Shown: positions 36,488 to 48,469 of the stretch, one piece after another | Numbering within the stretch: position 1 is the stretch's first letter | Layout: each line of letters begins with the position of its first letter | From: Cenococcum geophilum | Taxonomy: Eukaryota | NCBI GenBank assembly: GCA_050273025.1 | Contig: CP158635.1 | Coordinates: 21,824,001 to 21,888,000 of the forward strand | Direction: 5' to 3' | Length of the DNA: 64,000 bases | Notes under the pieces: model-generated | What the model was told of the DNA's origin: nothing | Database searches by the model: none | The model's input: the letters and a program-made list of their open reading frames with translations, nothing else | Program-made: the position numbers and the translations under genes

Positions 36488-38431
36488 ATGCTCGCTCTCT
36501 TCCTAGCCATCATGGCCGCCACCTGGCTGATCAACGCCGATGATACCTACCAGCTACACGCTGCCGCGGTGATCAGCCGTACTGGCGAGCGCACTCCCGA
36601 GATCCACGGCTCGGAAGGTCGCCAACTAACAGCGCTCGGCGCCCAGCAGCTCTACACCGCCGGTGAAGCCTTCCGGGGCCGCTACATCAATAGCCTGAAC
36701 GGCGGGAGCACGGCACTGGGATCTGCACCCATTATAGGCCTCTCAGCCAACGTCGTTGACAACGGCCAGACATACGTCCTCACCCCCGACAAGCCATGGC
36801 TCGTTGCATCCGCGCAAGCTTTCTTACAGGGCCTGTACCCGCCGTTTACGCTGAACAGGACCGCTGCGCTGAAGCTGAACCCGTCGTACATCCTCGCCAA
36901 TGGCACCTACATGGACTATCCGCTCGACGGATATCAGTACGCGCAGGTGCACACGGCGTCGGATCTGGATCCGGCCAACATTTGGGTTCAGGGCAGCGAG
37001 AACTGCCGCAATACTACGCTGTCCGGGATCGAGTACTATGACACGCAGGAGTTTGCGAATACGCGGGCGACTGCGGAGCGGCTGTATCAGGCAGTGGGCT
37101 ATTCGATGCTGAAGGATGTGCTTAAGCGGCCTCAATGGTGAGTATACCGAATTTCTACCAACAAAGGAGACCCCAGTTGCAATTGGTGGACACCTGCTCC
37201 TAACCTGGAATCTGAAATTCTAAGACTTGAAGTGCTGTTATTGGGAGATCTGCTATATTTTACGTAGAACTCCTAGACTTACACAAAAGCTAGGGACTAC
37301 TACAATGCCTACCTAATCTACGACTACCTAAACTACCAATACAGCCACGACCCGTCAACCTTTGCCCTCCTCTCCGACAACATCTCCTTCGCTGGCGCCT
37401 ACGACCAGCTCCGCTACTACTCAGACCAGCAGCAATGGGCGCTCTTCGGCAACACGACCGCCGACGGCGGCATCCGCGCCATGGCCGGCAAGACGCTCAC
37501 CGCACGTATCCTAGGTCAATTCCAAGGAATCGTCGCATCAGTCAGGCAGACCCCGAAGCTCTCCCTCCTCTTCACCGAGCACGAGCCCTTTATCTCCTTC
37601 TTCGCGCTCGCGGAGCTCGAGTTCCTCAACTCCAACTTCTACGGCCTGCCGGCCTACGGCAGCGCCATGGCCTTCGAACTCTTCAGCATCGGCAACAGCT
37701 CCGACTTCCCCGCCACCGAGTCCGACTTCTGGGTACGCTTCCACTTCCACAACGGCACAGATCTCACCAACGACACCACCGCCAGCGCCGCGCTCCAGGC
37801 CTTCCCGCTCTTCGGCCGCGGGCCCTCCCAGACCGACATGCCCTGGCTCGACTTCGAGAACATGATGTCGCGCACCATGACTAGCCTCGTCATGGACTGG
37901 TGCGCGGCGTGCGACTCGCAGATCCTCTTCTGCGACGCCTTCGCCAACGCCAACAACATCACCGTCTACCTGCCGGGCTCCAGCGGCGGGCACACGTCCC
38001 TCGCCGTCGCGGGCGTCATCGGCGCCGCCGTCACCCTCGCCGTGCTGGCGACGATCCTCGCGCTCGCCATGTGGCTCGGCGGCGTGCGCTTCCGCCGCGT
38101 GCCGATCAGCCGGAAGAGCGTTCTGGGCGGGTTTAAGGGCGGGTTTAAGGGCGGGGCCAAGATGGCGAGTGATGCGGATTTGGCGCTGCCGAAGAATGGG
38201 GCGGCGGTGGGGATTACGAGTGTTGGGACGGGCGTCGCGGCGGCGCCCGGGGATTTGAAGGAGGGGAAGGAGCGCATTGGGAGCTGGGAGCTGCGGAAGC
38301 AGGATCTCGGGAAGGATTTGGGACTTGGGAAAGATCTTGGGGAGGGGCTGAGTCGGCGCGAGAGTTTGGAGGTGGAAGAGGAGGGGGTTAGTCCGTTTGC
38401 GAGGCCGGTGAAGCCTGATGAGCGGGTTTAG
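36488..38431 (+). CDS. Histidine acid phosphatase-fold protein with signal peptide and C-terminal TM helix; intron 37138-37293
   Basis: Hydrophobic N-terminus MLALFLAIMAATWLINA; RTGERTP...LTALGAQQLYTAGEAFRGRY; SAQAFLQGLYPP; PAYGSAMAFELF; TM AVAGVIGAAVTLAVLATILALAMWLGG. Confidence 0.88.
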
Positions 38432-38993
38432 AAGACGGTGGTGGGGTTGGGAGGGGGAGACTGGAGAAGTGGTGCGGGCGATGAGTATGCGGGGCGGTTT
38501 TTCTGCCGTTCTCTCGTGTCATCGATTTGGAGTTCTTGGGAGTTAGGTCGGTGGAGTAAGTATCTGGTCCTTTGTTCTTTTGTTTTTTCTTCTCTTGGCC
38601 TCATCCTCGTCAGAGGGCCGGCACTTGGACGGAGCTTTTCAGATCTTTCGCTTCTTACGGCTTGGAATACCCCCGGCAACATCTAGGGCGTCGCTATCTT
38701 CTTGGGCTTAACATAGGGGGTTGGATGGCTCTTTTGCGGTTACAAGGGGAATGGGTATGTGGATTGGAATATATTATGAGGGGGGAACAGTATGCTTGTG
38801 ATGGATGAGTTAGATGACTTGATAGTAGGAGAGCGGTCCGCGTTCGGTGTAACTGATATGTACGCGGAGATAGGATACGGGGTATGGTTTAATCCGATTC
38901 ATGATAAAGTAAGAGGGCGGAATAACGAAAACCGTGCACGTGATTGTATAAAAGAAAGAGAGTACGGCATGAAAAAAAGTAGGCTCGGGTCCA

Positions 38994-41042
38994 TCAACAA
39001 ATTGAAACATTCTCCATGTTGCATTCTCCGCTTTCGAGCCATTCAAGCGATTCCCCAAGCATTAGTCCTTCAACATAGCACTCGCCAACCATCTGGAAAT
39101 AATCACCCTTGAGGCGAAGGAGGACGGGAAACTTGCATCCAGCGATTGCATATATAAGGTCGCCCTGCTTCAGATCGCATCGTGTTGACCCTAAAAAGCC
39201 CCCGGAGGTGGTAAATAGGGTTCGGCCAATACCTGGATACTCCATCAAATCATTCCACAGCTCGTGGAACTCGTCTGGATTGTAAGGTTTGATCTCCGAG
39301 GAGAAAAGAGCTCGGAACTCAAGACCCCATATCTGATAACCTGCGTTTGCCCTCTGAAGCGTACTTATGTCGCACATGAGTTGGCTTTGAGTGAACTTGG
39401 GCCACCCAAATTTCTGAAATAGCTCCGAATCAAGCTCAACGTCACAAAGCCAAGGCACATCGAATAAAGTAGCTCCCTCAGGCGGTTCATAACGCGTGCT
39501 CATGAGGATTGCTCGTAACAAACGCGTCTTAATCGACGTATCCAGAGCATATCCATGCTTACCCCGGCGAGGCTGGACAGCCAGTCGGTCCGATACCTTA
39601 GAAGTCACGTCATCCTCTGCATTTTGAGGCGCCCTACCACAGCTATCAACCGTATCCATTCTCCAACCCTTGCAAACCAGAATTGTCTTGTCTTCGGAAA
39701 ATTTATAGTCAATTTTGATATCCCCACTGGTTTCGCAGGTCTCCCAATAGGAGGAATACAGCAGGAAGTTTGATTCAACCCGAAAATCGGGACACCAGGA
39801 AGGTATGGAACCTTTAATGCTAGAATGAGAGAAAAGGAGGTTGAAGGTACCGGCATCCTCAATGATTGCTCTGGCAAGATCACAGAACGTCAGCCCGACA
39901 GATAAAGAGTAATCTGGTGTGATTCTTGTCGAGACGGACGGAGGTAGAAGAGCCAGAAGCCCATATACGTGGTCTCTATCATCGGATACCGTTGTTAGAG
40001 ATCCCATATCAAGCAAACGACTCAAGGTTCCAAAATAATTGGACGCGGCGGATACAGGCCCTCGCCGAGCATCTACATAGAGCATTAGCCTACTTAGCCT
40101 ATGGGATGCTTTTAAGATTTGACCGCTCAAATCCGGATATGTGTCGGGCCGGATACAATCCAATTGGTTACCAGCCATTTCATAGAAGGCCGCAAGTAAC
40201 GCAGCATAGTCCCAGGGGACCCGGACCCTCCCGAGGAATAAGGCCATACACGGTGTACCTATTGCAATTTCTTGGATGATCCATAGCCTTTCCCAATACG
40301 GCCGATTCGATATATGGATTAGAGCTGGCGATAGAGCAGTACTAAGCTGTAGAATTCCTGTAGGAGTTAAGTTGTCCATGTCGTGCAGAGTATTCCCACA
40401 CTCTCTTAAAGCTTGAATGGCACTACGTATGCATTTTACCTCGCTCCCCAGCCAGACAGTCACCGTGTCAGCGCGGCCGTATATCCGGCCCATGTGCTGT
40501 ACCTCGTGATTGCGTTCGTTTATATTGGCTTGATCGATGCATATGGCGTCTGCCCATAGCTTCAAGCCATTCCTAAATTCAGGTTCGCACCGAAGAGATC
40601 TGAGGGCCGCCTCTAGGTTCGCACGGATCGTCACTTCTTTCTCGTTCAAGAGGATGGTTCGGGTATCATCAGGCGACCCCCAGACATAACTTAAAGCGCT
40701 ATAATCTCCCCAGACGAACCGTAATCGCTCCGGATCATGCTCGTTATCATTTTCATCAAACTTGAAATGCCATTCAAAATGTATTTCGTTGCTGGACTGT
40801 CCGGTCATTCCACGCCAGTATTCCTCGTATGCAGGAGTGAAAGCGTCCAGCGAGACATACTCCAGAGTGCAGCAGACAGTGTCTTCTGGCATATCCGCGT
40901 TAGTCGGGGAGGACAGAGGTTCGTCGGGAGGCGGGAGAAGTGTAAGCACCCGGATCTCGTGCTTTGCAGCTTCGAGCAGTCGATATTCAAATGTGGACGC
41001 TGGCTGGGATGAGGAGAGCTGGTTGGTAGCATCTGAGTCCAT
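38994..41042 (-). CDS. HET-domain protein (HET-6-like), intronless, probable start MDSDATNQ
   Basis: YSALSYVWG, LWADAICIDQAN, EVQHMGRIYGRADTVTVWLG, RPYWERLWIIQE, DDRDHVYGLLAL, PSWCPDF, VGECYVEGLMLGE. Confidence 0.9.
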   Translation of the reverse strand: MDSDATNQLSSSQPASTFEYRLLEAAKHEIRVLTLLPPPDEPLSSPTNADMPEDTVCCTLEYVSLDAFTPAYEEYWRGMTGQSSNEIHFEWHFKFDENDNEHDPERLRFVWGDYSALSYVWGSPDDTRTILLNEKEVTIRANLEAALRSLRCEPEFRNGLKLWADAICIDQANINERNHEVQHMGRIYGRADTVTVWLGSEVKCIRSAIQALRECGNTLHDMDNLTPTGILQLSTALSPALIHISNRPYWERLWIIQEIAIGTPCMALFLGRVRVPWDYAALLAAFYEMAGNQLDCIRPDTYPDLSGQILKASHRLSRLMLYVDARRGPVSAASNYFGTLSRLLDMGSLTTVSDDRDHVYGLLALLPPSVSTRITPDYSLSVGLTFCDLARAIIEDAGTFNLLFSHSSIKGSIPSWCPDFRVESNFLLYSSYWETCETSGDIKIDYKFSEDKTILVCKGWRMDTVDSCGRAPQNAEDDVTSKVSDRLAVQPRRGKHGYALDTSIKTRLLRAILMSTRYEPPEGATLFDVPWLCDVELDSELFQKFGWPKFTQSQLMCDISTLQRANAGYQIWGLEFRALFSSEIKPYNPDEFHELWNDLMEYPGIGRTLFTTSGGFLGSTRCDLKQGDLIYAIAGCKFPVLLRLKGDYFQMVGECYVEGLMLGESLEWLESGECNMENVSIC

Positions 41043-41218
41043 GTTTATGATAAGTTGAGAATGATCGTAAGGAGCGACAAGGCTGAAGAGCCGTAAAGGT
41101 AACCAGCATTGCGGCTGCAATGAGTCTGAAAGTTAGTCCTGAAGTTATTGTGACAACCTGAAGAAGAAATTTAGTCGGGATCAATTTTTAACAAATGGAA
41201 TAAGAGGGGAATTTGCTA

Positions 41219-41551
41219 TCCCTTACATAGCACGGTGAAATTCGTCCACGTTATCGATAAGGATTAGCCAATAGAATCGATAGGATCAAAGGTGCGTGCT
41301 CAGAAATGAGGTCGGTGATATGCAGGCTCGAAAGCGGGCAGCGGCCAGGGCTCCGGGGGACGTCCTTTGGCCTTTCAAGTCGGTGAAACAGGATACTGAG
41401 TCAGCGGAACAAAGTCTATATCATTAGAAGTACGATTGGAGGTATGGTTGATGATAATATATTGATTGAATCTATATAGGTGATGCGCGTACTTTTGATT
41501 CTGGTGTTCCGCATGGACCACCTACCTTGTGGACGCCACCGTGCTAAGGGA
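41219..41551. mobile_element. MITE family A, copy 2 (333 bp, TA-flanked, inverted relative to copy 1)
   Basis: TA-TCCCTTACATAGCACGGTG...CACCGTGCTAAGGGA-TA. Internal blocks AAATTCGTCCACG, CGATAAGGATT, GAACAA.GTCTA.ATCATT.GAAGTAC.ATTGGA and GTGTTCCGCA are shared with the reverse complement of 7873-8205. Confidence 0.8.
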
Positions 41552-42061
41552 TAGTTAGCACCAATTGGGGGGTGTACGCGTATCATTTAGGGGGTGTGAT
41601 TATAGACTATAGTTTGGCTTATACTTAGAGTCGTTTCTAGGTTCTTATATATCCTATTATAGAGATCTGGGTAAGGAGACCGAAAGCATTAGAAACTTGC
41701 TAGGAAGTAATAGTCCCTATTTCTCACACTAATTGGGTACATTAATAGGGCTTATTCTACTATTAGTGGCTTCTTAGTTATTGGCCAGATGCTAAATAAG
41801 TATAGCTTATATATTCGATTAGGATAGGAGTACTACTCTTTTTAAAAATTCTGCTCTTCTATTTTTCTTTTCCTTTAATACCTTATAGTTAAATCTTAGC
41901 AAGCTATATTCTATATATACGTTATAATTATTAGGATAGGCGATATAGTTCGTTATTAACTTAGTCTAAAACCCTAGGGGTACCTTTTTATAGCCTAGTT
42001 TTACCGTAATATTGGATGTTATACTCTGGACTAATATAAGAAATTATTACCTAGTCTAAGT

Positions 42062-42121
42062 TAGTGCCTTTATTAATATTTAATACTTATTAATAAGTAT
42101 TAAATATTAATAAAAGCACTA
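42062..42121. mobile_element. 60-bp spacerless palindrome with 8-bp TSD (hAT-like micro-element)
   Basis: TAGTGCCTTTATTAATATTTAATACTTATT|AATAAGTATTAAATATTAATAAAAGCACTA (one mismatch). Flanked by GTCTAAGT at 42054-42061 and 42122-42129. Confidence 0.75.
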
Positions 42122-42819
42122 GTCTAAGTTTTTAATGGTATTCTACCTATTTCATTGGTGTCTATGGCATTTAGCAGGATTAAAGTCTTTCTCCGCCTTC
42201 TTGCCGAAGTTACATTATCCAGAGATAGACTTAAATGGTCGACAGCCGTTAAATCTAAATAATTTACAGACGGCAATCAACATGCCTTGGTCTCAGACAT
42301 TATAAGTAGTTACAATAGCGTAATTAAAGGAAGTAGTAGATAAGATAAATATTAACTAGGTAGGAGAATAAACTTAACGACTTCGGAATAATAAAGATAA
42401 AGATGCCTTTAATTAAAAGGTTTATACTTTAATTAATAATTAATATTAATATAAAGGCTTATTAATATTGGTATTGAACTATTAAAGGAGTATTTGAATA
42501 TTAAGATTTTGCCAAGATTTTGCCAAGCCTCCATGATGTAACTCCCTAGCTCCAGCTTAAAATTTTATACTTATATCGCCGCCGCCTCTGCAGAGCAACG
42601 TTTTTCCTTAAAAGTTCAATCAAATATCCGCTTCTACCTATTGCCTCTCTACTGAGGGGCTACTTTAATCGTTCATCACTTCTCCTCGCCTTAGAGTGAC
42701 CGTGCACGATCTAGGCGGTCACTCTAGTGCACGCCTAATCTTTAAGCACCTTTCTCTATTCCGTCAACACTACGCGTTCCGCCCTACTCTCGCCCTACTC
42801 TCACCCTTCGAACCTCAAC

Positions 42820-43809
42820 ATGACTACCCTTTCCGAATTCAGCGATACTCTATATGCATATACACCCATGCTAAAGTCATCTTCAAGCACGGGTGTATCA
42901 AGAGAGACCTCACCAGCGAAGAGCTCATTAATGGAGAGTTCGCTCATGGAGGGACTGAAAGACGTCCCTATCCATCAGTACATAGGGATTCCAAATCTAC
43001 GGCGGTGTGTTAGGGCACAATCTGCCGAGTTGCAGGCCGGTCGCTCGAATCAGCAGTACCTTGTTTTCGAGGGGGTCACAAAAGATCACCTTGGCAAAAT
43101 AGACCATGAGCGCGCTAGCATAGGGAAGCATACTCGGATGTCCCATGATACGGATGCCGATCTATTAGTTATTAAACTAATGCCCGCAGCGAAACACGAA
43201 AGTGCACACCTTTTACTGGCTAGACGTTTAGAATTCGCACTTGTAAGAATGGGCCTTCCGGAAGACTGCTTATATCCTCTTGGTGGGACGAGGTTCCATG
43301 GCCCTAGTTCCTCTAAGGAGGCCGATTCAGCATTTAAACCCCTCTCCCGAACCCAGGAAACTGACTGGCCAACAATTGTTTTTGAGTCTGGACTCTCTGA
43401 ATCGCTTGCTCGCCTAAGACGCGACGCAAAATGGTGGCTCGTTAACTCTGGAGGGGATGTAAAGATTGTTGTTGTCATCTCGATAACACCAGCAGTGAAG
43501 AGGCTACGGATCGAAAAGTGGTGCCTTCTTCCGGCTCCTGCACAGAGGCCGGTTACTAGAGCGCACCCAAATCCCAATCCCCTAGTTCCGACAAGAGTGC
43601 AAGAGATTACTATCACCCAAAATCCTGCCGCTCAGCCAGGTGGCACCATTCAACCGGGCCCCGCCCCATCATATACCGCTACTGGAGCTCTAACTCTCGA
43701 ATTTTGGGGTGTTTTTCTACGAGCCCCTGTACCACCAGAGGGCGACGTTGTTTTCACTGCAGCGGAACTTGAGCGCTGGGCGGGAATTTTCTGGGGGTAC
43801 GTTAAATAG
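42820..43809 (+). CDS. Hypothetical protein with a PD-(D/E)XK restriction-endonuclease-like (Uma2-like) motif
   Basis: Intact 329-aa ORF with MPAAKHE...SSKEADSAFKP...DWPTIVFESGLSESLARLRRDAKWWL...VKIVVVISI. Confidence 0.65.
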   Translation: MTTLSEFSDTLYAYTPMLKSSSSTGVSRETSPAKSSLMESSLMEGLKDVPIHQYIGIPNLRRCVRAQSAELQAGRSNQQYLVFEGVTKDHLGKIDHERASIGKHTRMSHDTDADLLVIKLMPAAKHESAHLLLARRLEFALVRMGLPEDCLYPLGGTRFHGPSSSKEADSAFKPLSRTQETDWPTIVFESGLSESLARLRRDAKWWLVNSGGDVKIVVVISITPAVKRLRIEKWCLLPAPAQRPVTRAHPNPNPLVPTRVQEITITQNPAAQPGGTIQPGPAPSYTATGALTLEFWGVFLRAPVPPEGDVVFTAAELERWAGIFWGYVK

Positions 43810-45144
43810 AGGGGTCGCAGGAGATTGTGACAGTGAGGCATTATTCAGGATTTACAGGTAGCCCCTCTACCCTTTGTAGTACTGTCTTGTGAAGCACCTC
43901 AGTTTGTTTACCAGAGTCTACCGGTTTTTGCGGTAGAGTCTATTTTGTAGCTAGGAAGCTCATTAAAGCCTTTAGAGTCCGCGAGTGCAGACCAAAAAGT
44001 AGCTTATTAGTTTATACGCTAGTTACAAACAGTGTAAGAGCCACGAGTTTTAAAGACTACCCTAAAGAAATCGTAAAGTCTTATAAATGCCTTATTGGTA
44101 ATCTAATAGTGGACAACAATCCGTCCTAAAATTAGTTCCCCTACCTTTAAGTTAAATTTGCTCGCTATAGGATAGAATTTATTAGGCGTTAAGCCTAACG
44201 CTTTAAGGTTAAACTAGATCATATTTATTTCTATAGGTAATTAAAGCTTTCTGCTAAGTTACTCTTAGAGTACGGATACACGTTTTACTTTCTTTTATAT
44301 AGCCTTTAACTTCCTACTAAGGAAAACGTCGTTAATGGCCGCTTATGCGGGTGCGGCAATTACCCTAAAAGCGCATATGCTACCGCCAAGAAGCTTATAA
44401 CTTTATTTTACCCGCTTAATAAAGACGGAGCTCCTAGTTATAATGCTACTAATTGGCGCGCTAAAACCCTTTATAAAATACAGCTAGATGCTGCTAAAGC
44501 ATTTGCTAATTTCTTAGAGGGTATAGAACCTAGCGGCAACCGCTTCCTAAAGGCGAGCTCTATTTAGATGTATGTAGATTAGGGGGTTCTAAGTATATGC
44601 CTACTAGGAGATAGCGCGAATATTAGAGAGGGGTATAAGGGTACCCCAAAGTGTGTTCTCTAAGGAGATAACCCAGGTTAGGCAGTTATAGATACTTTCT
44701 ATAATAGTGGCATGTTTCTTAACATTATCTAAAGTAAGGTAGTAGCCGTTAAACGGGATAACTATTCTAATTAAGGTACCGTAAAGGCTAGATACGCTAC
44801 CACCTTTAAGGATAGTAATGTGCGCATAATAGTTGGTAAGGATTAAGTAAGGTAGGGCTATAAAAGCGGATTGGAGAGCTACTTAATTACCTATAGTACC
44901 TAAGACAATAAGAAGAGAGGCTTTATAGCCTACTAAGCCAGTAATAAAGGTTTATAAGGAATTTATTATCTAGTTTTTATCTATATTACCATCTCTAAGG
45001 GATGTAGTAATAATGGCTTCTAGTATAGGCAGCGTAGGCTTAGTAAAAAAATCCAATCGGAAGTCATTTAAGGATTTATTACTACATCGGGAAAATATTC
45101 GCAGGATGAGATTTAAGTAGACTTTGGTTTTCGCGTTTCGCGTA

Positions 45145-45510
45145 ATTGACATGCAATTTGACCAACTTAACACGCAATTGACCAACTTGACACGCAGTTG
45201 ACCTACTTAACATGCAATTTAACCAACTTAATACGCAGTTGACCTACTTGACATGCAATTTAACTAACTCAATACGCAGTTGACCTACTTAACATGCAAT
45301 TTAACTAACTTAACACGCAGTTAACCTACTTAACATGCAATTTAACTAACTTAACACGCAGTTGACCTACTTAATATACAATTTAACTAACTCGATATGC
45401 AGTTAACCTACTTAATAACTTTAAAAGCTAACTATATATCCTTTGACACGCAGTTAACCTACTTAACAACTTTAAAAGCTAACTATATATTTCTTAACGT
45501 GCGATTAAGG
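45145..45510. repeat. Minisatellite, ~20-21-bp unit (TTGACACGCAGTTGACCTAC-like), RIP-diverged
   Basis: Direct tandem repeats visible in the sequence. Confidence 0.9.
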
Positions 45511-45594
45511 TAAAGTTATATATTATATATTTAACTATTATATATAATCCTATACAATCTTATACAATCTCATACAATCTTATAGTCTTATTAC

Positions 45595-45980
45595 TTGGAG
45601 GCTCTGCACGAGGCTCTACACAAAGCTCTGCGTACAGAGGCTCTGCACGAAGCTCTGCGCATAAAGGCTCTACACGAAGCTCTATACGAAGCTCTGCGTA
45701 TAGAGGCTCTACACGAAGCTCTGCGTACAGAGGCTCTGCACAAAGCTCTACGCATAAAGGCTCTGCACAAAGCTCTGCACGAAGCTTCGCATAAGGCTCT
45801 ACACGAGGCTCTACACAAAGCTCTGCGTACAGAGGCTCTGCACGAAGCTCTGCACGAAGCTCTGCACGAGGGTCTGCGCAAGGGTCTGCGCGAGGGTCTG
45901 CGCGAAGCTCTGCGTATAGAGGCTCTGCACAAGGCTCTACGAGAAGCTCTACGTACAGAGGCTCTACACAAAGCTCTGCA
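45595..45980. repeat. Minisatellite, 12/15-bp units (GAGGCTCTGCAC, GAAGCTCTGCGTACA)
   Basis: Direct tandem repeats; they produce the spurious EALH ORF. Confidence 0.9.
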
Positions 45981-46119
45981 TCGGGTCCCCGCTATATTCC
46001 CAATAGCCTCTACACGTGCCTCTACCCTATATAGCCACCTTATTTTTTACCCTTTCTTCCTTCTTTATATCCTCCCTACCTAGGGAGGCACCAGAACGGC
46101 AGCCAGCAGAGGACCGTTG

Positions 46120-47060
46120 CTAGAACTAGACGACCGTCGCCAGAACCAGATGACCGTTACCAGAACCAGACGACTATCACCAGCCAGACGACCGTCGCCA
46201 GAACCAGACGACCGTTGCCAAAGCCAGACGATCATCACCAGAACCAGACAACCGTCGCCAGCCAGACGACCGTTACCAGAACCAAACAACCGTCGCCAGC
46301 CAGACGACCGTTACCAGAACCAGACAACCGTCGCCAGCCAGACAACCGTTACCAGAACCAGACGACTGTCGCCAGAACCAGACAACCATCGCCAGCCAGA
46401 CGACCGTTACCAGAACTAGACAACCGTCGCCAGAACCAGACAACCGTCGCTAGCCAGACGACCGTTACCAAAACCAGATAACCGTTGCCAAAGCCAGACG
46501 ACCGTCGCTAGAACCAGACAACTGTCACTAGAACTAGACGACCGTCGCTAGAACCAGACAACCGTTACCAGAACCAGACAACCGTTGCTAGAGCTAGACG
46601 ATCGTCGCCAGAACTAGACAACCGTCGCTAGCCAGACGACTATTACCAGAACTAGACAACTATTGCCAAAGCCAGACGATCATCGCCAGAACCAGACAAC
46701 CGTCGCCAGAACCAGACAACCGTTACCAGAACTAGACAACCGTTGCCAGAGCCAGACAACCGTCGCCAGAACTAGACAACCGTCGCCAGAACTAGACAAC
46801 CGTCGCCAGCTAGACGACCATTACCAGAACCAAACAACCGTTGCCAGAACCAGACGACCGTTGCCAGAACCAGACGACCATCGCCAGAACCAGACGACCG
46901 TCGCTAGCCAGACAACCATTACCAGAACCAAACAACCGTCGCCAAAACTAGACGACTATTACCAGAACTAGACGACCGTTGCCAGAGCCAGACAACCGTC
47001 ACCAAAACCAGACGACCGTCACCAGAACCAGACAACCGTCGCCAAAGCCAGACAACAACG
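46120..47060. repeat. Minisatellite, ~18-20-bp unit (CCAGAACCAGACAACCGTCG)
   Basis: Dozens of tandem copies with C->T variants. Confidence 0.92.
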
Positions 47061-47112
47061 ACTAGCTAGCCAATACTATAAACAATTCAATCAATTAATT
47101 GAATTAAGGTAG

Positions 47113-47510
47113 CATAGACAGGTAGGCATAAACAGGTAGATACTAACGAGTAGGTAGATATAGACAGGTAGGTAAATATAGACAGGTAAGCAGATATAAA
47201 TAGGCAGGTAGATATAGATAGGTAAGTAAATATAGATAGGCAAGCAGATATAGATAGGTAGATAAATACTAACAGGTAGGTAGATATAGATAGGTAGGTA
47301 GATATAGACAAGTAGATATAAATAGGTAGGTAAATGTAGACAGGTAAGCAGATATAAATAGGTAAGTAGATGCTAACGGGTAGGTAAATATAAATAGGTA
47401 GGTAGATATAGATAGGTAGGCAAATGCAGATAGGTAGATATAGATAGGTAAGTAATATAAATAGGTAGGCGATGTAGGCAGGTAGGTAAGTCAATAGGTA
47501 GATAGGTAGA
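47113..47510. repeat. Minisatellite, ~18-bp unit (AGGTAGGTAGATATAGAT)
   Basis: Direct tandem repeats. Confidence 0.85.
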
Positions 47511-48469
47511 AGAGAACCATCGCTATATTATATTAAATTATCTAAAATAATAATATTTATTTTGCTAGCCTTATAAATAGCTTTAAAATAGCTTTTATTT
47601 ATTTAAAATATATTATTAGTATAAAAGAGGTAAATATAATTATTGTTGCCAAATGCGTAGATTGCTGGCAGGTTGCGCGCAGGTTACGTACAGGCTGCGC
47701 GCAGGCTGCGTGTCAAAAAAACACGACATAGGCTAGTCGGTCGAGTTGCTAAATGCCCTCAACTGCGCGCCAATTGCGTCAACCACCAACCATTGAGGCC
47801 ATTGAAAGGGTACCATATTTTGCCGATGTATATAACCACGCTAGACTAGAAAAGCCTTACACTTCTTAATAGGCATTAGTTTTCTTAAAGTTATATTAAT
47901 TAATCTTAGGCTTAAAGTAGATAGACGCTAAGTAATAATTAAAGTGTTAAGGCTTCTTTAAGGTAATAGACTATATATCTATTAGAAGTCTTATTAGGCT
48001 TTAAATACTAGCTACCTTATCTATAATAAGTTATATACTAGCTATTACTAGATCTATTATAGGATAAAATATATATATAATGCACTATCTATAAGGCTAG
48101 AGGAGTAGATAGTATAGGTATAGGTTATAATAATCGCAATAACTAGAATAGAGGTAGGATATCCGTTAAGCTAATTGAAAAAAGCAAAAGAATTATATAT
48201 AGATATATAAAATAAGTACTAAGTATCTAAAAAGTAGATAATATAATATATTATACTTTTAATAATACTGGCAAAAGAATATAGGAAAAATCCCAACACT
48301 ATAGTAATAAGCTACAAAATATATAAATTAAATAAAAATTTTACTCTAACTTATTATATTATGCCTAGCTTTATTATATAAGTAGCTAATATCCAAACTG
48401 TAGTGCTAGTAAGAGTCTAACATACTATGCCTATATACTATACCTATACCCTATAAAAAGAGCACTAAT

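Larger units (their letters stand above)
45085..47828. mobile_element. Non-autonomous TA-flanked TIR element (2.7 kb) filled with four different minisatellites
   Basis: TA-CATCGGGAAAATAT ... ATATTTTGCCGATG-TA. No transposase remnant was seen. Confidence 0.65.

Noticed and set aside
44030..45080. Coding-like RIP-degraded relic
   Set aside because: It looks like a dead ORF, but I could not recognise any family motif, so it is left uncalled.
45591..47494. ORFs (EALH-, RTRQP-, YLPIY-repeat proteins) and a CRISPR-like look
   Set aside because: These are translations of minisatellites open in several frames. There are no unique spacers and no cas genes, and the context is eukaryotic.
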